64,000 nucleotides of DNA from Gammaproteobacteria bacterium (GCA_965221695.1 OZ244905.1:1920001-1984000); one strand, 5' to 3'; shown: positions 10,867 through 25,200, counted from the stretch's first letter. Made by a program: numbers and translations. The notes: generated by a model from the letters alone, not told the origin.

Positions 10867-13026
10867 ATGAGGAAACACTTGCTTCACATTCTGCGCCTGC
10901 AGGCGCTGCTGGCATTGTCTGTGACTGCCTGCAGCCAACTTCCTGCCGTTCAACCAACGACGGTAGCTACTCCTGCAACAGTGACGAGCACGGTGCCTGA
11001 TCCTGCTGTAGCGCCGAACGAAGCGGAGGCAGGCGTCGCCAATGCGCTTCCTCCCAGCGACAATCGCCTTGCGTTTGTTGAGCCGGGCGACGGCAGCTTT
11101 ATCGGCGGTAACATAGCGCGGGAAGGGCAACCCCAAGTTAGCGAAGACGGCGGCATCAACCTCAATTTTCAGGATACCGACATACGGGAATTTGTGCAGA
11201 TAATTCTGAACGACGTATTGAGTGAGAACTACATCATCGACCAGGATGTGTCAGGGACAATCACGATAAACACTGTCAAACCGGTCAATAGCGAAGCTGC
11301 GCTGGTCCTGCTGGAAGATATTCTCGACATGCACAACGCGGCCCTCATCAAAAAAGACGACTTGTACCGAATTGTCCCGAAGCACAAAGTTGTCGGAGAG
11401 TTGACTCCAACCTTGGCACACCAGACTGCCGATGGACATTCGGTACAGATTATTCCCTTGCAATACATCGCTGCCGCCGAAATGCAAAAAATTCTCGAAC
11501 CGTTTATGGAGGAAGGCGCCAATGTGCGTATTGACACCAAACGAAACCTGATCATGGCTTCCGGCACGCGGCAGGGGATTGCCACAGTGAAAGACACGGT
11601 TGCGATATTCGATGTGAACTGGTTGCGCGGCATGTCAGTAGGACTTTACCCGCTTGATTACGTAACACCAAACACGATGAAGCAGGAATTGGATACTGTT
11701 TTGAACGCCCTGGACACGGAAGGAACTGAAAACCCGCTGGGCGGATTGGTGCAAGCCATTGCCATTGAACGCTTACAGTCGATTTTGCTGGTCAGTTCAA
11801 CCCCCACAGCGCTCAGAGAAGCGGAACTCTGGTTGCGTCGTCTGGACCGGCCCGGACAAATTGTGGAGAAACAGCTATACGTATACCGCGTTCAAAATGC
11901 CAAGGCCGACGAACTGGGCAATACATTGCAGCAGATCTTCGATATTAACACCACAGCAAACGCCGAAGATGCGGAAACTATTACAGGGTCCGGCGGCGCT
12001 CGCAACCTTTTGCCTGGCGGTTACCCGGCTGCCGCCCTGGCACAGAGGTTGATGCAACAAGATCTTGCCGAAGGCGCGGACAGCGTGGGGATCGCGCTCC
12101 CATCAGGGCAGTCTCTGGACATCATTGCAGACAAAACGCGCAACGCATTGGTGATACTGGCGACCCCGCAGGATTACAAAATGGTACAAACGGCCTTGGC
12201 CTTGCTGGATACCATTCCCTTGCAGGTGCTGATAGAAGCCAGCATTATCGAAGTCAGTTTGAAAGACGAGCTTGACTTTGGCGTAGAATGGTTTTTCAAG
12301 AACAGTTTCGAGACCGGCAACATCGTAGGCGGACGCGGCTCTCTGGACCTGGGTAGTACGGGCATATCCGCCTTAAGCCCGTCCTTTTCCTACACCGTAC
12401 TGGATAACGCCGACCAGGCCCGCATCGCCTTAAATGCCCTGGAGCAGGAAACACAGGTAAATGTCCTGTCATCGCCTTCGCTGATGGTGTTGGACAACCA
12501 GACGGCATATATCAATGTCGGCGATGAGATTCCCGTGCCGGCCCGCCAATCGACCAGCAATATCAACCCGGATTCGCCCACGGTGAATGAGATTCAGTTT
12601 CGGCAGACGGGTATTTCCCTGTCGGTGACGCCCCGTGTGAACAGTAGCGGACTGGTGACCATGGAAATCGACCAAGAGGTCAGCAATGCGGTAAGCACGA
12701 CATCATCGAACATTGATGCGCCGACCATACAACAGCGCCAGCTTCAAAGCACGGTGGCAGTTCACTCCGGGGAAACCCTGGTATTGGGCGGTTTGATCCA
12801 AGAGACCACGAGTAATGCCGAGAGCGGCGTGCCGTTGCTGCGCCGGATTCCGTTATTCGGCAAGCTGTTCGGCGAGACCCGGGAAGAACAGCGGCGCACG
12901 GAGTTGCTGGTATTGATCACGCCGCGGGTAGTGGGCGAACCAGGCGAGGCGCGTGAGATCACGGAGGAGTTCAGGCGCAAGCTAAGGGGGGTTGAGACGG
13001 CGGTTCTGCCAGAGCCGGCGTCCTGA
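10867..13026 (+). CDS. gspD: T2SS secretin GspD with lipoprotein signal
   Basis: LNFQDTDI, QVLIEASIIEV, VLSSPSLMVLDNQTA.INVG, GVPLLRRIPLFGKLF, ELLVLITPRV; lipobox VTA|C. Confidence 0.95.
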   Translation: MRKHLLHILRLQALLALSVTACSQLPAVQPTTVATPATVTSTVPDPAVAPNEAEAGVANALPPSDNRLAFVEPGDGSFIGGNIAREGQPQVSEDGGINLNFQDTDIREFVQIILNDVLSENYIIDQDVSGTITINTVKPVNSEAALVLLEDILDMHNAALIKKDDLYRIVPKHKVVGELTPTLAHQTADGHSVQIIPLQYIAAAEMQKILEPFMEEGANVRIDTKRNLIMASGTRQGIATVKDTVAIFDVNWLRGMSVGLYPLDYVTPNTMKQELDTVLNALDTEGTENPLGGLVQAIAIERLQSILLVSSTPTALREAELWLRRLDRPGQIVEKQLYVYRVQNAKADELGNTLQQIFDINTTANAEDAETITGSGGARNLLPGGYPAAALAQRLMQQDLAEGADSVGIALPSGQSLDIIADKTRNALVILATPQDYKMVQTALALLDTIPLQVLIEASIIEVSLKDELDFGVEWFFKNSFETGNIVGGRGSLDLGSTGISALSPSFSYTVLDNADQARIALNALEQETQVNVLSSPSLMVLDNQTAYINVGDEIPVPARQSTSNINPDSPTVNEIQFRQTGISLSVTPRVNSSGLVTMEIDQEVSNAVSTTSSNIDAPTIQQRQLQSTVAVHSGETLVLGGLIQETTSNAESGVPLLRRIPLFGKLFGETREEQRRTELLVLITPRVVGEPGEAREITEEFRRKLRGVETAVLPEPAS

Positions 13027-13241
13027 CAGGGTAGCACTGACAGACAGGTGGGGGCACCGCAAAGAACAGCTTGCATAGTGTCCGGTGTTGTACTAATTTT
13101 AATAGTGTAGTCTTTTTGTCGTGAGGGGCAAACATGACGTTAACCTGTTGGGTTATTCTATGACGCGCTGCCGGCAAGGCGTGCGTTTGTTGGATATATC
13201 GCTGCGCTGGTTGAAGGCGCCTGGTGCGATGTCTGGGTAGC

Positions 13242-16200
13242 ATGAAGCACAGCGTCTATCATCGCTCTGTAGTGCTTGCGGCCTGCCTGCTGATCCAGTG
13301 GCTGTTATCGGCGGCGGCATGGGGATGGACATTACCGTCGCCACCGACGGCGAGCCTCAGTTGGAGTCCGACCTCAGTGCCCTACGGAGGCACCTCGACG
13401 CTGTCCTGGAATTCCACGGGCGCCGTATCTTGCACGGTGGACGGCAGTAATGTGAGTACGAGCGGTAGTGAGCAGCGAACCAACCTGACGCAGGGAACCT
13501 CAGCCACTTTGTCGTGTTGGAACCTAGGCGGCACAAGGATCAAGACGGCAAGTGTAACGGTGGGTCAGCCGCCCTCGGCGCCGACCGCGAGTCTCAGTTG
13601 GAGTCCGAGCACGGTGGCCTACGGAGGCGCATCGACGCTGTCCTGGAATTCTACGAATGCCACGAGTTGCACGCTGGATGGTGTCAGCAAGGGCACGAGT
13701 GGTAGTGAGAATAGAACCAACCAAACGCAAACAACCACGGCCTCACTAACGTGCACGGGGGCGGGCGGCTCGGCGTCGGACTCGGCGACATTGACGGTGG
13801 GTCAGCCGCCCTCGGCGCCGACGGTGAGTCTCAGTTGGAGTCCGGGCACGGTGGCCTACGGGGGCGCTTCGACACTGAGCTGGAGTTCCACGAATGCCAC
13901 GAGTTGCACGCTGAACGGATCGAGTCGTTCGACGAGTGGCAGTTGGACGGCGACGAACCAGACGGCGTCACGAACAGACACGCTGGCATGCACGGGGCCG
14001 GGCGGCTCGGTGTCGGACACGGCGAGTTTGACAGTAAATCCGCCACCAGACCCGGCGCCGACGGCGAGTCTCAGTTGGAGTCCGAGCACGATAGCTTATG
14101 GGGGCAGCTCGACACTAAGCTGGAGTTCCACGAATGCCACGAGTTGCACGCTGAACGGATCGAGTCGTTCGACGAGTGGCAGTTGGACGACGACGAACCA
14201 GACGACGTCACGGACAGACACGCTGGTATGCACGGGATCGGGCGGTTCGGCGTCGGACACGGCGACGCTGACGGTGACCTCACTGTCGGGGTCATTGTCG
14301 GTGGCGCCGACGACGAGCACGGACGGCAGCTACACGGTGAGTTGGAGCGCGCCGGCGTATGCCAGTGCAGAAACCCGGTTGTATGAGAAGGTGGGGACAG
14401 GGAGTTGGTCGGTAGTGGGCACGTATGCCTCGACGGTGACACAGCGGGCATTCAGCGGCAAGGCAAACGGCGTCTACCAATACAAGACGGCGCAGTGTAT
14501 CATGGTATTTAGCTCGACCAGTTGCTGGGATGTGGCGGGTCCGGTGAGTGTGACGGTGGCCACAACAGCGCCGGCGCCGACGGCGAGTCTCAGTTGGAGT
14601 CCGAGCACGGTGGACTTTGGGGGCAGTTCGACGCTGTCCTGGACTTCCACGAACGCGACGAGCTGTACACTGGACAATGTCAGCAAGAGCCTGAACGGCA
14701 GCGAGCAGCGGACCAACCTGACGCAGAGCGTCACGGCCACATTGGTGTGCACGGGCTCGGGCGGCGCTGTGACAAAGACGGCGGTTTTGACGGTGACCTC
14801 GCCGTCTGCGTCATTGTCGGTGACGCCGACGACGAGCGCGGACGGCAGCTACACTGTGAGTTGGAGCGCGCCGGCGTATGCCGCGACTAAAACCCGGTTG
14901 CATGAGAAGGTGGGGACAGGGAGTTGGTCAGTAGTGGGCATGTATGCTTCGACGGTGACTCAGCGGGCATTCAGCGGCAAGGCAAACGGCGTCTACCAAT
15001 ACAAGACGGACCATTGCATCACGGTATTTGGCTCGACCAGTTGCTGGAATGTGGCGGGTCCGGTGAGTGTGACGGTGGGTGCAACAGCGGCGCCGACGGC
15101 GAGTCTCAGTTGGAGTCCGGGCACGGTGGCCTACGGAGGCGCATCGACGCTGTCCTGGACTTCCACGAACGCGACGAGCTGTACACTGGACAATATCAGC
15201 AAGGGCACGAGTGGCAGTGAGAATCGAACCAACCAAACGCAAACAACCACGGCCTCGCTAACGTGCACGGGGGCGGGCGGCTCGGCGTCGGCCTCGGCGA
15301 CGTTGACGGTGGGTCAGCCGCCCTCGGCGCCGACGGCGAGTCTCAGTTGGAGTCCGAGCACGGTGGACTTTGGGGGCAGTTCGACGCTGTCCTGGACTTC
15401 CACGAACGCGACGAGCTGTACACTGGACAATGTCAGCAAGAGCCTGAACGGCAGCGAGCAGCGGACCAACCTGACGCAGAGCGTCACGGCCACATTGGTG
15501 TGCACGGGGGCGGGCGGCGCTGTGACAAAGACGGCGGTTTTGACGGTGACCTCGCCGTCTGCGTCATTGTCGGTGACGCCGACGACGAGCGCGGACGGCA
15601 GCTACACTGTGAGTTGGAGCGCGCCGGCGTATGCCGCGACTAAAACCCGGTTGCATGAGAAGGTGGGGACAGGGAGTTGGTCAGTAGTGGGCATGTATGC
15701 TTCGACGGTGACTCAGCGGGCATTCAGCGGCAAGGCAAACGGCGTCTACCAATACAAGACGGACCATTGCATCACGGTATTTGGCTCGACCAGTTGCTGG
15801 AATGTGGCGGGTCCGGTGAGTGTGACGGTGGGTGCAACAGCGGCGCCGACGGCGAGTCTCAGTTGGAGTCCGGGCACGGTGGCCTACGGAGGCGCATCGA
15901 CGCTGTCCTGGACTTCCACGAACGCGACGAGCTGTACACTGGACAATATCAGCAAGGGCACGAGTGGCAGTGAGAATCGAACCAACCAAACGCAAACAAC
16001 CACGGCCTCGCTAACGTGCACGGGGGCGGGCGGCTCGGCGTCGGCCTCGGCGACGTTGACGGTGGGTCAGCCGCCCTCGGCGCCGACGGCGAGTCTCAGT
16101 TGGAGTCCGAGCACGGTGGACTTTGGGGGCAGTTCGACGCTGTCCTGGACTTCCACGAACGCGACGAGCTGTACACTGGACAATGTCAGCAAGAGCCTGA

Positions 16201-19200
16201 ACGGCAGCGAGCAGCGGACCAACCTGACGCAGAGCGTCACGGCCACATTGGTGTGCACGGGGGCGGGCGGCGCTGTGACAAAGACGGCGGTTTTGACGGT
16301 GACCTCGCCGTCTGCGTCATTGTCGGTGACGCCGACGACGAGCGCGGACGGCAGCTACACTGTGAGTTGGAGCGCGCCGGCGTATGCCGCGACTAAAACC
16401 CGGTTGCATGAGAAGGTGGGGACAGGGAGTTGGTCAGTAGTGGGCATGTATGCTTCGACGGTGACTCAGCGGGCATTCAGCGGCAAGGCAAACGGCGTCT
16501 ACCAATACAAGACGGACCATTGCATCACGGTATTTGGCTCGACCAGTTGCTGGAATGTGGCGGGTCCGGTGAGTGTGACGGTGGGTGCAACAACGGCGCT
16601 GACGGCGAGTCTCAGTTGGACTCCGAGCACGGTGCCCTTTGGAGGCAGCTCGACGCTGTCCTGGAGTTCCACGAACGCGACGAGTTGCACGCTGAACAAT
16701 ATCAGCAAGGACACGAGTGGCAGCGAGCAGCGGACCTACCTGACGCAGAGCAGCGTCATGGCCACATTGGTGTGCACGGGCTCGGGTGGCACTGTGACAA
16801 AGACGGCGAGTTTGACACTTACTGCGCCGTCGGGATCATTATCGGTGGCGCCGACGACGAGCATGGACGGCAGTTACACGGTGAGTTGGAGTGCGCCGGC
16901 GTATGCCGTAATTAAAACCGTGTTGTGGGAGGTGGCGCCGACGGGGAGTTGGTCAGTAGTGGGCATGTATGCCTCGACGGTGACTCAGCGGGCATTCAGC
17001 GGCAAGGCAAACGGCGCCTACGAATACATAACGAATCATTGCATCATGATATTTGGGAGCCAGTGCTGGAAAGTGGCGGGTCCGGTGAATGTGACGGTGG
17101 CTGCAACAACGCCGCCGACCTTATCGGGGCCGTCGACCAGCGATGGCGAGCACATGCTGAGTTGGGGGGCAGTGACGGGGGCGAGCGATTACACGGTGCG
17201 CGAGCGCCAAGGCAGCGGCTCCTGGACGAAATACAGTGTCAGTACGTTGAGTAAGACGTTCAGCGGCCGGTCGTCCGGGTCCTGGTCGTACCAGGCGCGG
17301 GCATGCAACGGTGACAGTTGCGGTGCCTGGAGCAACACGGTGACGGTAACGGTAACGGGGGTCTCGGTGAGCATCAGTCCTTCGCCGAGTCCGGACGGAC
17401 AGTACACGGTGAGTTGGACCGCGCCGGCGTATGGCAACACTGTCAAGTTGTACGAGAAAGCGCCGGGCGGGAGCTATACGCTGGCGGGCACGTATGCGCT
17501 GACGACGACCTCGCAGGATTTCGACAAGGACACGGCGGGCGCCTACTGGTACAAGACAGAGCGCTGCCAGGGGGGGTATTGGGGGATCTGGAACTGCCAG
17601 CCCATGGGGAACGCGGCAAGCGTGATGGTGACGCTGGCAGACCCGCCGGGCGGGACAGACCCGCCGGACGCGCCGCTGCCGCCGACGCTGGCGACGGGCA
17701 CGGGGGAACTGACGGCGAGTTGGGCGGCGCCGGCGGACAACGGTTCAGCGCTGTTGGAATACCGGTTGCGTTACAAGCGCATGTTCAGCTTCACCTTCGG
17801 CATCTCATGGTCATTTCCCTTGCTTTGGACGCAGACCGATGCGGTTGACAGCGCGACCACGAGCCTGGCGCTATCGGGTCTGACGAATGGGTTGACGTAT
17901 CAGGCGCAGGTGCAGGCGCGCAATGCCGGCGGCTGGTCGGCGTGGAGCGGCTCGGCGACGGGCGTGCCGCTGGCGGCGCCGGTGATATCGGAGTCGTCGA
18001 GCAGTTTGGGCCAGTACACGCTGAGTTGGGTTGCGATATCGGGCGCGACCGTCTACGAGATACGAGAGCGCGAGGGCGATGAGGATGCGGGCAACCCGTG
18101 GACGACGCATCTGCTGGGCGCGGCGACGAGCAAGTCGTTTACCAAGTCGGAGAATGGCCTATGGTCGTACCAGGCGCGGGCATGCAACAGCGGTGGCTGT
18201 GGCGACTGGAGCGACACGCATGAGGTGACGGTCCAGACGACGTTTATCACCATCGACCCCTCGCCGAGCCTGGACGGGGATTACACGGTGAGTTGGTCCG
18301 CGCTGGCCGGCGTGTCGGTCAAGTTATTTGAGAAGGCGCCGGGCGGGACTTGGTCGGAGATAGGCGAGTATAACGCGACGCAGCGTGAAGAGTCATTTGT
18401 CGGCAAGGCGCCGGGCACGTACGAGTACAAGCTGTCGGTGTGCTATGGCTCTGTCACTGGCCTGTTCGGCTATGAATGCGCGCAGTTGGGCGGCTCGGCC
18501 AGCGTGGAGGTGCTGCCGCCGGTGTGGCTCAGATGGGACCCGAACCCGGTGGATTATGACGGCGACGCGACGCTGACCTGGAGTTCGCTCAACGCCACGA
18601 GTTGCAGCTTGACGGTGGGCGATGACCTCGTCCTGACAGACCTGAGCGGCACCCGTGTGGAGCCTAACGTGACGGCGGACATCCTAGCCACGTTATCCTG
18701 CGATATCAACGGGGACACGGAGACGGCGAGCGACACGCTGACGGTAGATCCGACGACGATACCGACATCGCCCATGAGTCTTGAGTGGGACCCGAACCCG
18801 GTGGACTATGGCGGCGATTCGACGCTGACCTGGAGTTTGCCGATGAACGCCACAAATTGCAGCTTGACGGTGGGCGGGCAAACCCTGACGGACCTGAGCG
18901 GCGCCTATGAGGCGACCAACGTGGCGGCGGACATCCCGGCCACGTTATCCTGCGAAGTGCCCGGGGAGACGGACATGCAGACCAAGACGGAGGAACTAAC
19001 CGCGAACCTGGTGGTGCGCCCGCTGCCGCCGGACAAGCCGACGGCCACGGCGCCGGATGCGTCGGGGGGTTACACGGTGAGTTGGACATCGGTGGCGCTG
19101 GCGACGAGCTACCGACTGGAAGCGTATCACGTGCCGGCGGATGCGGGGACGTTGCATACGCTCGGGAAAGTATTCAGCAAGGCGTTTGCCAGTCCTGCGG

Positions 19201-22200
19201 CGGGGGTCTGGCGCTACCGGGCGCAGGCGTGCATTGATGCCGACGACTCAGATCCCGACGGCACGACCGTGTGCAGCGTCTGGAGCGAGGCGCTGACGGT
19301 GGGTCCGCCGGACGCCCCGGCGGCGCCGGCGCTGACGTCGGGCGACGAGGCCTTGACGGTGGACTGGGAGGCCCCGGCGGAGAATAACAGTGAGATTACT
19401 GCGTACAGTGTGGGTCACCGGCAGGCGGACAGCGAGGCGGCGTGGGACCTGGAGGCGGTGGACGGCACGGACCTGACGCTGGAGATTGAGAGTCTGACCA
19501 ACGGGGTGGAGTACGAGGTGCGGGTGCGGGCCGCCAATGGCTATGGGGATTCGGACTGGAGCCCTGTGGCGCGCGGCGTGCCGGGCGAGCGCCTGCCGGC
19601 GCCGAAGGGGTTGCGGGGGCCGGCGGGCAGCCTGGGCTCGCACACCTTGCACTGGGGGCCGGTGATAGGGGCGGTCCGCTATGAGTTGGCGGCGCGCCAG
19701 GGCGAGGAGACAGACCCGGAGGAACAAGATGATACGGCGTGGACTGTGTATGACACGGGCGCGGCGACCCGCAAGGCATTCTCGGCGCTGGCGCACGGGA
19801 ACTGGCGTTACCGGGCGCGCGCCTGCGCCGGTCCTACTCCCGAGAGCTGCGGCGACTGGAGCGATGTGTTGGAGGTGGTCGTAGGGTATGGCAGCGTGCC
19901 GGGCGCGCCGGCACCCGAGCGCACATCGCTCTCGGTCATCGTCCCGCCCGCGGCGCGCAAGGGCCATGACACGGTGGGCGCGCTGGCGGGCGAGTTCCGG
20001 GTGACGGAGAGCGGCGCGGCGAGTTACCACATTGCCCTGCCGCTGCCGCCGGGCACGGCCGGGGCGACCCCGCCGTTGGGGTTGCAGTACAACAGCCAGC
20101 GCGGCAACGGCCTGTTGGGGGTGGGTTGGGCGCTGTCGGGGCTCTCGGCCATCACCCGCTGCCGGCAGACCTATGCCCAGGACGGCGCCGCGCGCCCGCT
20201 GACGTTTGGCGAGAACGACCGCTTTTGCCTGGACGGCGAGCGTCTGCTCATTGTGAGCGATGACAACTACGGCGCCCCGGGCAGCGAGTACCGCACCGAG
20301 ACGGACAGTTTTGTGACGGTGACGGCCAAGGGCGGCAGCGCCGGCGCGCCGGATTATTTTGAGGTGCGGCGCAAGGACGGCTCGGTGTCGACCTATGGCG
20401 ATGTGACCGGCTCGACTGGGCCTGCCCGCCACAGCGAGCACCGGGTCTACGACCCGGCGACCGATGCGGCCATCGACAAGACGCTGACCTGGGCCTTGCA
20501 GGAGGTCAAAGACAGCGTGGGCAACCGCATTGCGTATGAATACGCCGCGGATGCGGACGGCCACCGGATTACGCAAATTAACTATGCCTTCGGCAGCATT
20601 AGCAGCGCCAGCTCAGCGCGGGCAGCCGTGCGCTTTGCCTATGACCCGCGCGCGGACGCCACCTTGGGTTACCTGGCCGGCTACCGGCTGCAGAGCGTCA
20701 AGCGGCTCTCGCGCATCACCGTGGAAGGGGCTGGCGCCAGCGGCGGCCGGATGGCCTTGCGCAATTACCGCTTGCGTTACGAGGGCGGGACCGTGACGGC
20801 GGGCGGGCTGTCCCGGCTGGTCGGGGTGAAGGAGTGCGTGGGGTCCGGGACGAATGCCTGCCTGCCCGAGACCCGGCTTGACTGGTCGGCGGCGACGCCG
20901 GGGTTTGCGGCCAACAAGGCGGCGAGCTTGGAACTGAACAATAAAAAGTCATGGCGGCCGGTGGATTTCACGCCGGCGGATATTAACGGCGACGGGCTGA
21001 CCGACCTGGTGTGGACTGAGACGGACGACGACGAGCATCGCATCAGCTATGCGCTGGCCAAAATGAGCGACAGCGGGGCGCTGACGCTGAAGGCCGAGAT
21101 GTTTACCAACAGCCAGAAGTACTTAATGTATCAGGACGATTATGGCGAGTCGGATTACGGAGACAACCTGCGCGTGCACACCGACGCGCTGGACTACAAT
21201 GCGGACGGGCGGCTGGACATCGTGATTTACAGCGAGGGAACAAACCAGACCAAGGTGCATCTGTCCGTGCCGCAGAACGGCGGCGGCTGGAAGCTGGACA
21301 GCAATGGGATTGCGCTGTTCAACGGCCGCTACCGCTACGCCGACATCAACAGCGACGGGTTGCTGGACGCCTACCAGTTGGTGAAGGAGGTGGCGGGTGA
21401 CACGGACGCCAATCATGATAATATACTGGTGCCAGCGACCGGCTATCACCTGGCGATACGCTACCTGCGCCGCGACACGTCAAAGGCTGTGTCCTCAAGC
21501 CAGTACTATGCGTATGGCGCGGTTGAGACGCTGTCTGTGTCGTTTACCCAGTTGGATACGGCGAATAGCGTGCCGAAAATCTGGAAGCAACTGGAGCGGG
21601 CAGACGTGCCGTTAGTGGACGTAAACGGTGACGGGCGCGCCGATTTGATTACCTGGGGGCGGTCATTTTCGTTTACTACACATCTGAATACACCTCAGCG
21701 CCGGCTGGAGGTGTTTTTGCAGACGGACGACGGGTTTGAGCGCTACGGGGACTCGGGCGGTATCGTTGTCTCGTCCGCTACAGCGGGGTCTCAGCCGAAG
21801 GGCGTGCGGGTCGCGGACTTGAACCAGGACGGGCTCTCGGACCTGCTGTATTTTGTGGGGCGCTGGTACGAGGAGTCCAAGAAGAACTGGCAGTGGACAG
21901 GCAACTGGCATTACCGGTTGGGCACGGGGACGGGTTTCACCGACGCCACGCAGTTGACCTTTGTGGCGGACGGCGTCCAGGCGCCGCGTTCGCCCTCGCT
22001 CTACGATGACGACGGCGACGGCTATGCGGACTTTCTCTGGCACGATGTGCCGGCCGAGCGGTTGCGGGCGCGCCGCTGGTCGCCGGCGGACGGCGGTTTT
22101 GCGAGCGCCGTGATTAACCGCCGCATCACGGAGGGCAAGGACGACGGGGCGTATTTCACCGCCGACATGAACGGCGACGGCAACGCGGACCTGCTGCGCG

Positions 22201-25200
22201 TGGCCGTGTCGGGCAAGAAGGAGACGCTGGAGATGTACCCGCACAAGACAACCGCGCGCCCGCACCTTGCGACCCGGGTGACCAGCGGGCTGGGCGCGGT
22301 GACAGAGATTAGCTATGAGTCCTTGAGCCGCACCGAGGCCTATGGCCGCATTGCCGGATTGCGCCCCGGCGCGCCGGTGCGAAACTGTTTTGTCTTGGGA
22401 GATGATGAATTCTGTTATGATTTACCGTCCACGCAAGCGGATGCGACGGATTTCTACACGGCCTTAAACGATCCCTGGCCCACTGACGAGAACGACCCGA
22501 GCGATGTGGACCTGACCGACCCGCTGACGGCGACGGCGGGGGACACGCCGGTGCTCGAGCTGATGGGGCCGCTGTACGTGGTGACCCGGGTCGATTCCAG
22601 CGCCCCGACCGCGGGCAATGCGGGCGCCAAGAGCGGGGTGGCCTACGTGTACGAGCGCGGCAAAGTGCAGGCCGCCGGCCGGGGTCTGCTGGGGTTCCGG
22701 GCGCTGACCACGGTGGACCTGCAAAGCGGCGTGCGCACGACCACCACCTACCGCCAGGACTTCCCCTACATCGGCGCGCCGTTGCGCACTGAGGTCAAGA
22801 CCGAAGACGGCCACCTGCTGCGTTGGGCGCAGAACACCTGGCGCTTGCAGGGGTATGACGCCAGTTGGAATGCGCGCGCGGCGGCCAGCGGGGATAAGGC
22901 CGGCACGGGCAGCGCCCGGCTGGGGCCGTTGCAGCCGCACATTGCCGAGGCGGTGGAAGAGGAGTATGACCTGCCGGAGCCGGACAGCAGTGGCGACCTT
23001 AAGGCGGGGGCGAAGCTGACCACGGTGAGCACGGAGACGACCTACGACGGCTGGGGCAATCCGAGCGAGCTGACCACGACCACGGTGGACCATGCCAACG
23101 GCAAGCGTTTTCAGCAGGTGACCGAGAACGCCTATGCGGCGAGCGCCGCCGGCGAGGCGTCGACCTGGGCGCGGCAATATGGCCGCTTGACCCGGACGGA
23201 GGTGACCCGGCGCCGGGACGAGTCCTATATGGCTGAGGACGAGACCTATGAGTCCAGCGCCAGCCGGGCCTCGTCGTTTGCTTATTACACCAGCGACAAG
23301 AAGAAGGGGTTATTGAAGAGCGAGACCCGGGAGGCGGCCACCGGGACAAACGCGGTCCCGGCGCAGGTAACCACCTACAGTTATGACGCCTTCGGCAACC
23401 GCGTGCGAGCCAAGCTCAGCGCGGGGTCGGCCACCCGCTGCGACACGGACACGGCGGTCTATGACAGCGCCGGGCGCTTTGTCGTGGAAGAGCGCGATTG
23501 TCTGGGCCGCACGGTGCGGGAGCTGGGCGGGCACAACGGCTGGGGCCAGCCGACCTGGAGCAAGCGGGCGCTGAGCGCCGCGGGCGCGACTACGGCGGAC
23601 GCCGACTACCACTACACGCCCGGCGGGCGCCGCTATGCGAGTCGCGAGGCGGACGGGAGCTGGACGGGCTGGCTGCGGGCCTGGTGCGCGTCGGGCAACG
23701 GCTGCCCGGCCACGGCGGTGTACTACACCGAGACCCGCCAGGCGGGCGGGGGCCGGGCCCGGGAGTACCGGGATGCGCTGGGCCGGGTGACGCGTACTGC
23801 GACCATGGGGTTCGATGGCAGGTGGGTCTACACGGACACGGACTATGACGAAAACGGCCGGGTGGCCCGGCGCAGCGAGCCGTATAAGGCGGGCAGCGCC
23901 TCCGCCGTGTACTGGACGCGTTACACCTACGACCTGCTCGGCCGGGTGGCGCGCGCCGAGTTGCCGGATTATGCGGCCAACGGCGCGAACAGTGTGGTGA
24001 CCACCGCCTACGGGAGCTTGACCACGACCACGGCGAACGGGAAAGGCCAGCGCCGGCGGGTCACGCGCAACGCCTTGGGCGAGACGCTCACCAGCGCGGA
24101 GCTTGTCGAGGCCAACGAGACGGCCGGCCCCAACAAGGTGGACAAGGCCACGGTCACGCACCACTATGACGTCTGGGGCCGGACAACCAAGAGCGTGACC
24201 ACGAGCACGGACAACAAAACAGCAACTATCACGCGCCACTACGACCTGTGGGGCCGCATGACCAAAGAGACCGACCCGGCCCGGGGCGCGTGGACTTATT
24301 CGTACAACGGCTTTGACGAGCTGGTCGAGCGCGCCGACGCCGTGGGCAACCGCCAGACCCGCGCCTACGACGGGTTGGGTCGCCAGACAGTCCGCAAGGA
24401 CTACGCGCCCGGGCCGACGAGCGCCGTTGCCGACGATGTGCTGGCGGGGACGACCGCCTGGACCTATGACGCGCTGGCGGGGCAACCGGCCTGCGCGACG
24501 GCGCTGGGGCAGTTGTGCCAGGTCGCGCACAGCGCGGCCCGCGCCGAGACCCGCACCTATCACTACGACAGTCTCGGGCGCGTAACCCAAACCACGCAGG
24601 ACCGGGGCGCGGACGGGACTTATTACAGCAAACAGACCTACGATGAATACGGCCGGCCCTACCAGCGCTTTGACGCCGCCCGCGCGGGGTCGGCGACCCT
24701 GCGCTGGCAGGACAACGTGGTGGAGACGCGCTATAACGCCAACGGCTATGCGCACCGATGGGTGGACGGGATGTACGTGGGCGGCCAGCCACGCCGCACC
24801 TACCGGGAGATTGCCGGCATCGACGCCCGCGGCAACGTGACCCGGGAGAACCTCGGCGCCGGGGCGGTCAGCGTGCGCCGCGCCTATGACGCCAAGACCG
24901 GCCGGCTCGCCGGCATCACCGGCGAGGACCCCTTGGAGCGCACGCTGCAAGACCAGACCTATACCTGGGATATCGTGGGCAACCTGACCGAGCGCGCGCA
25001 GACCCTCGGCAAGACCACGTTAGAAGAGACCTTCGCCTATGACAGCCTTAACCGGCTGATCCAATCGAAGGTTGCCGGCGAGACGGCGCGAAACGTGACC
25101 TACGACGGGCTGGGGAATATCACCGCCAAGACCGGGGAGGATGGCTTGTTGGAGCAGTATGTCTACGGCGACACGGACCGCCCGCACCGGCTCACCCAGG

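Noticed and set aside
13330-17110. CRISPR-like array from recurring GAGTCTCAGTTGGAGTCC
   Set aside because: These are in-frame coding repeats with homologous intervening sequence; no cas genes.
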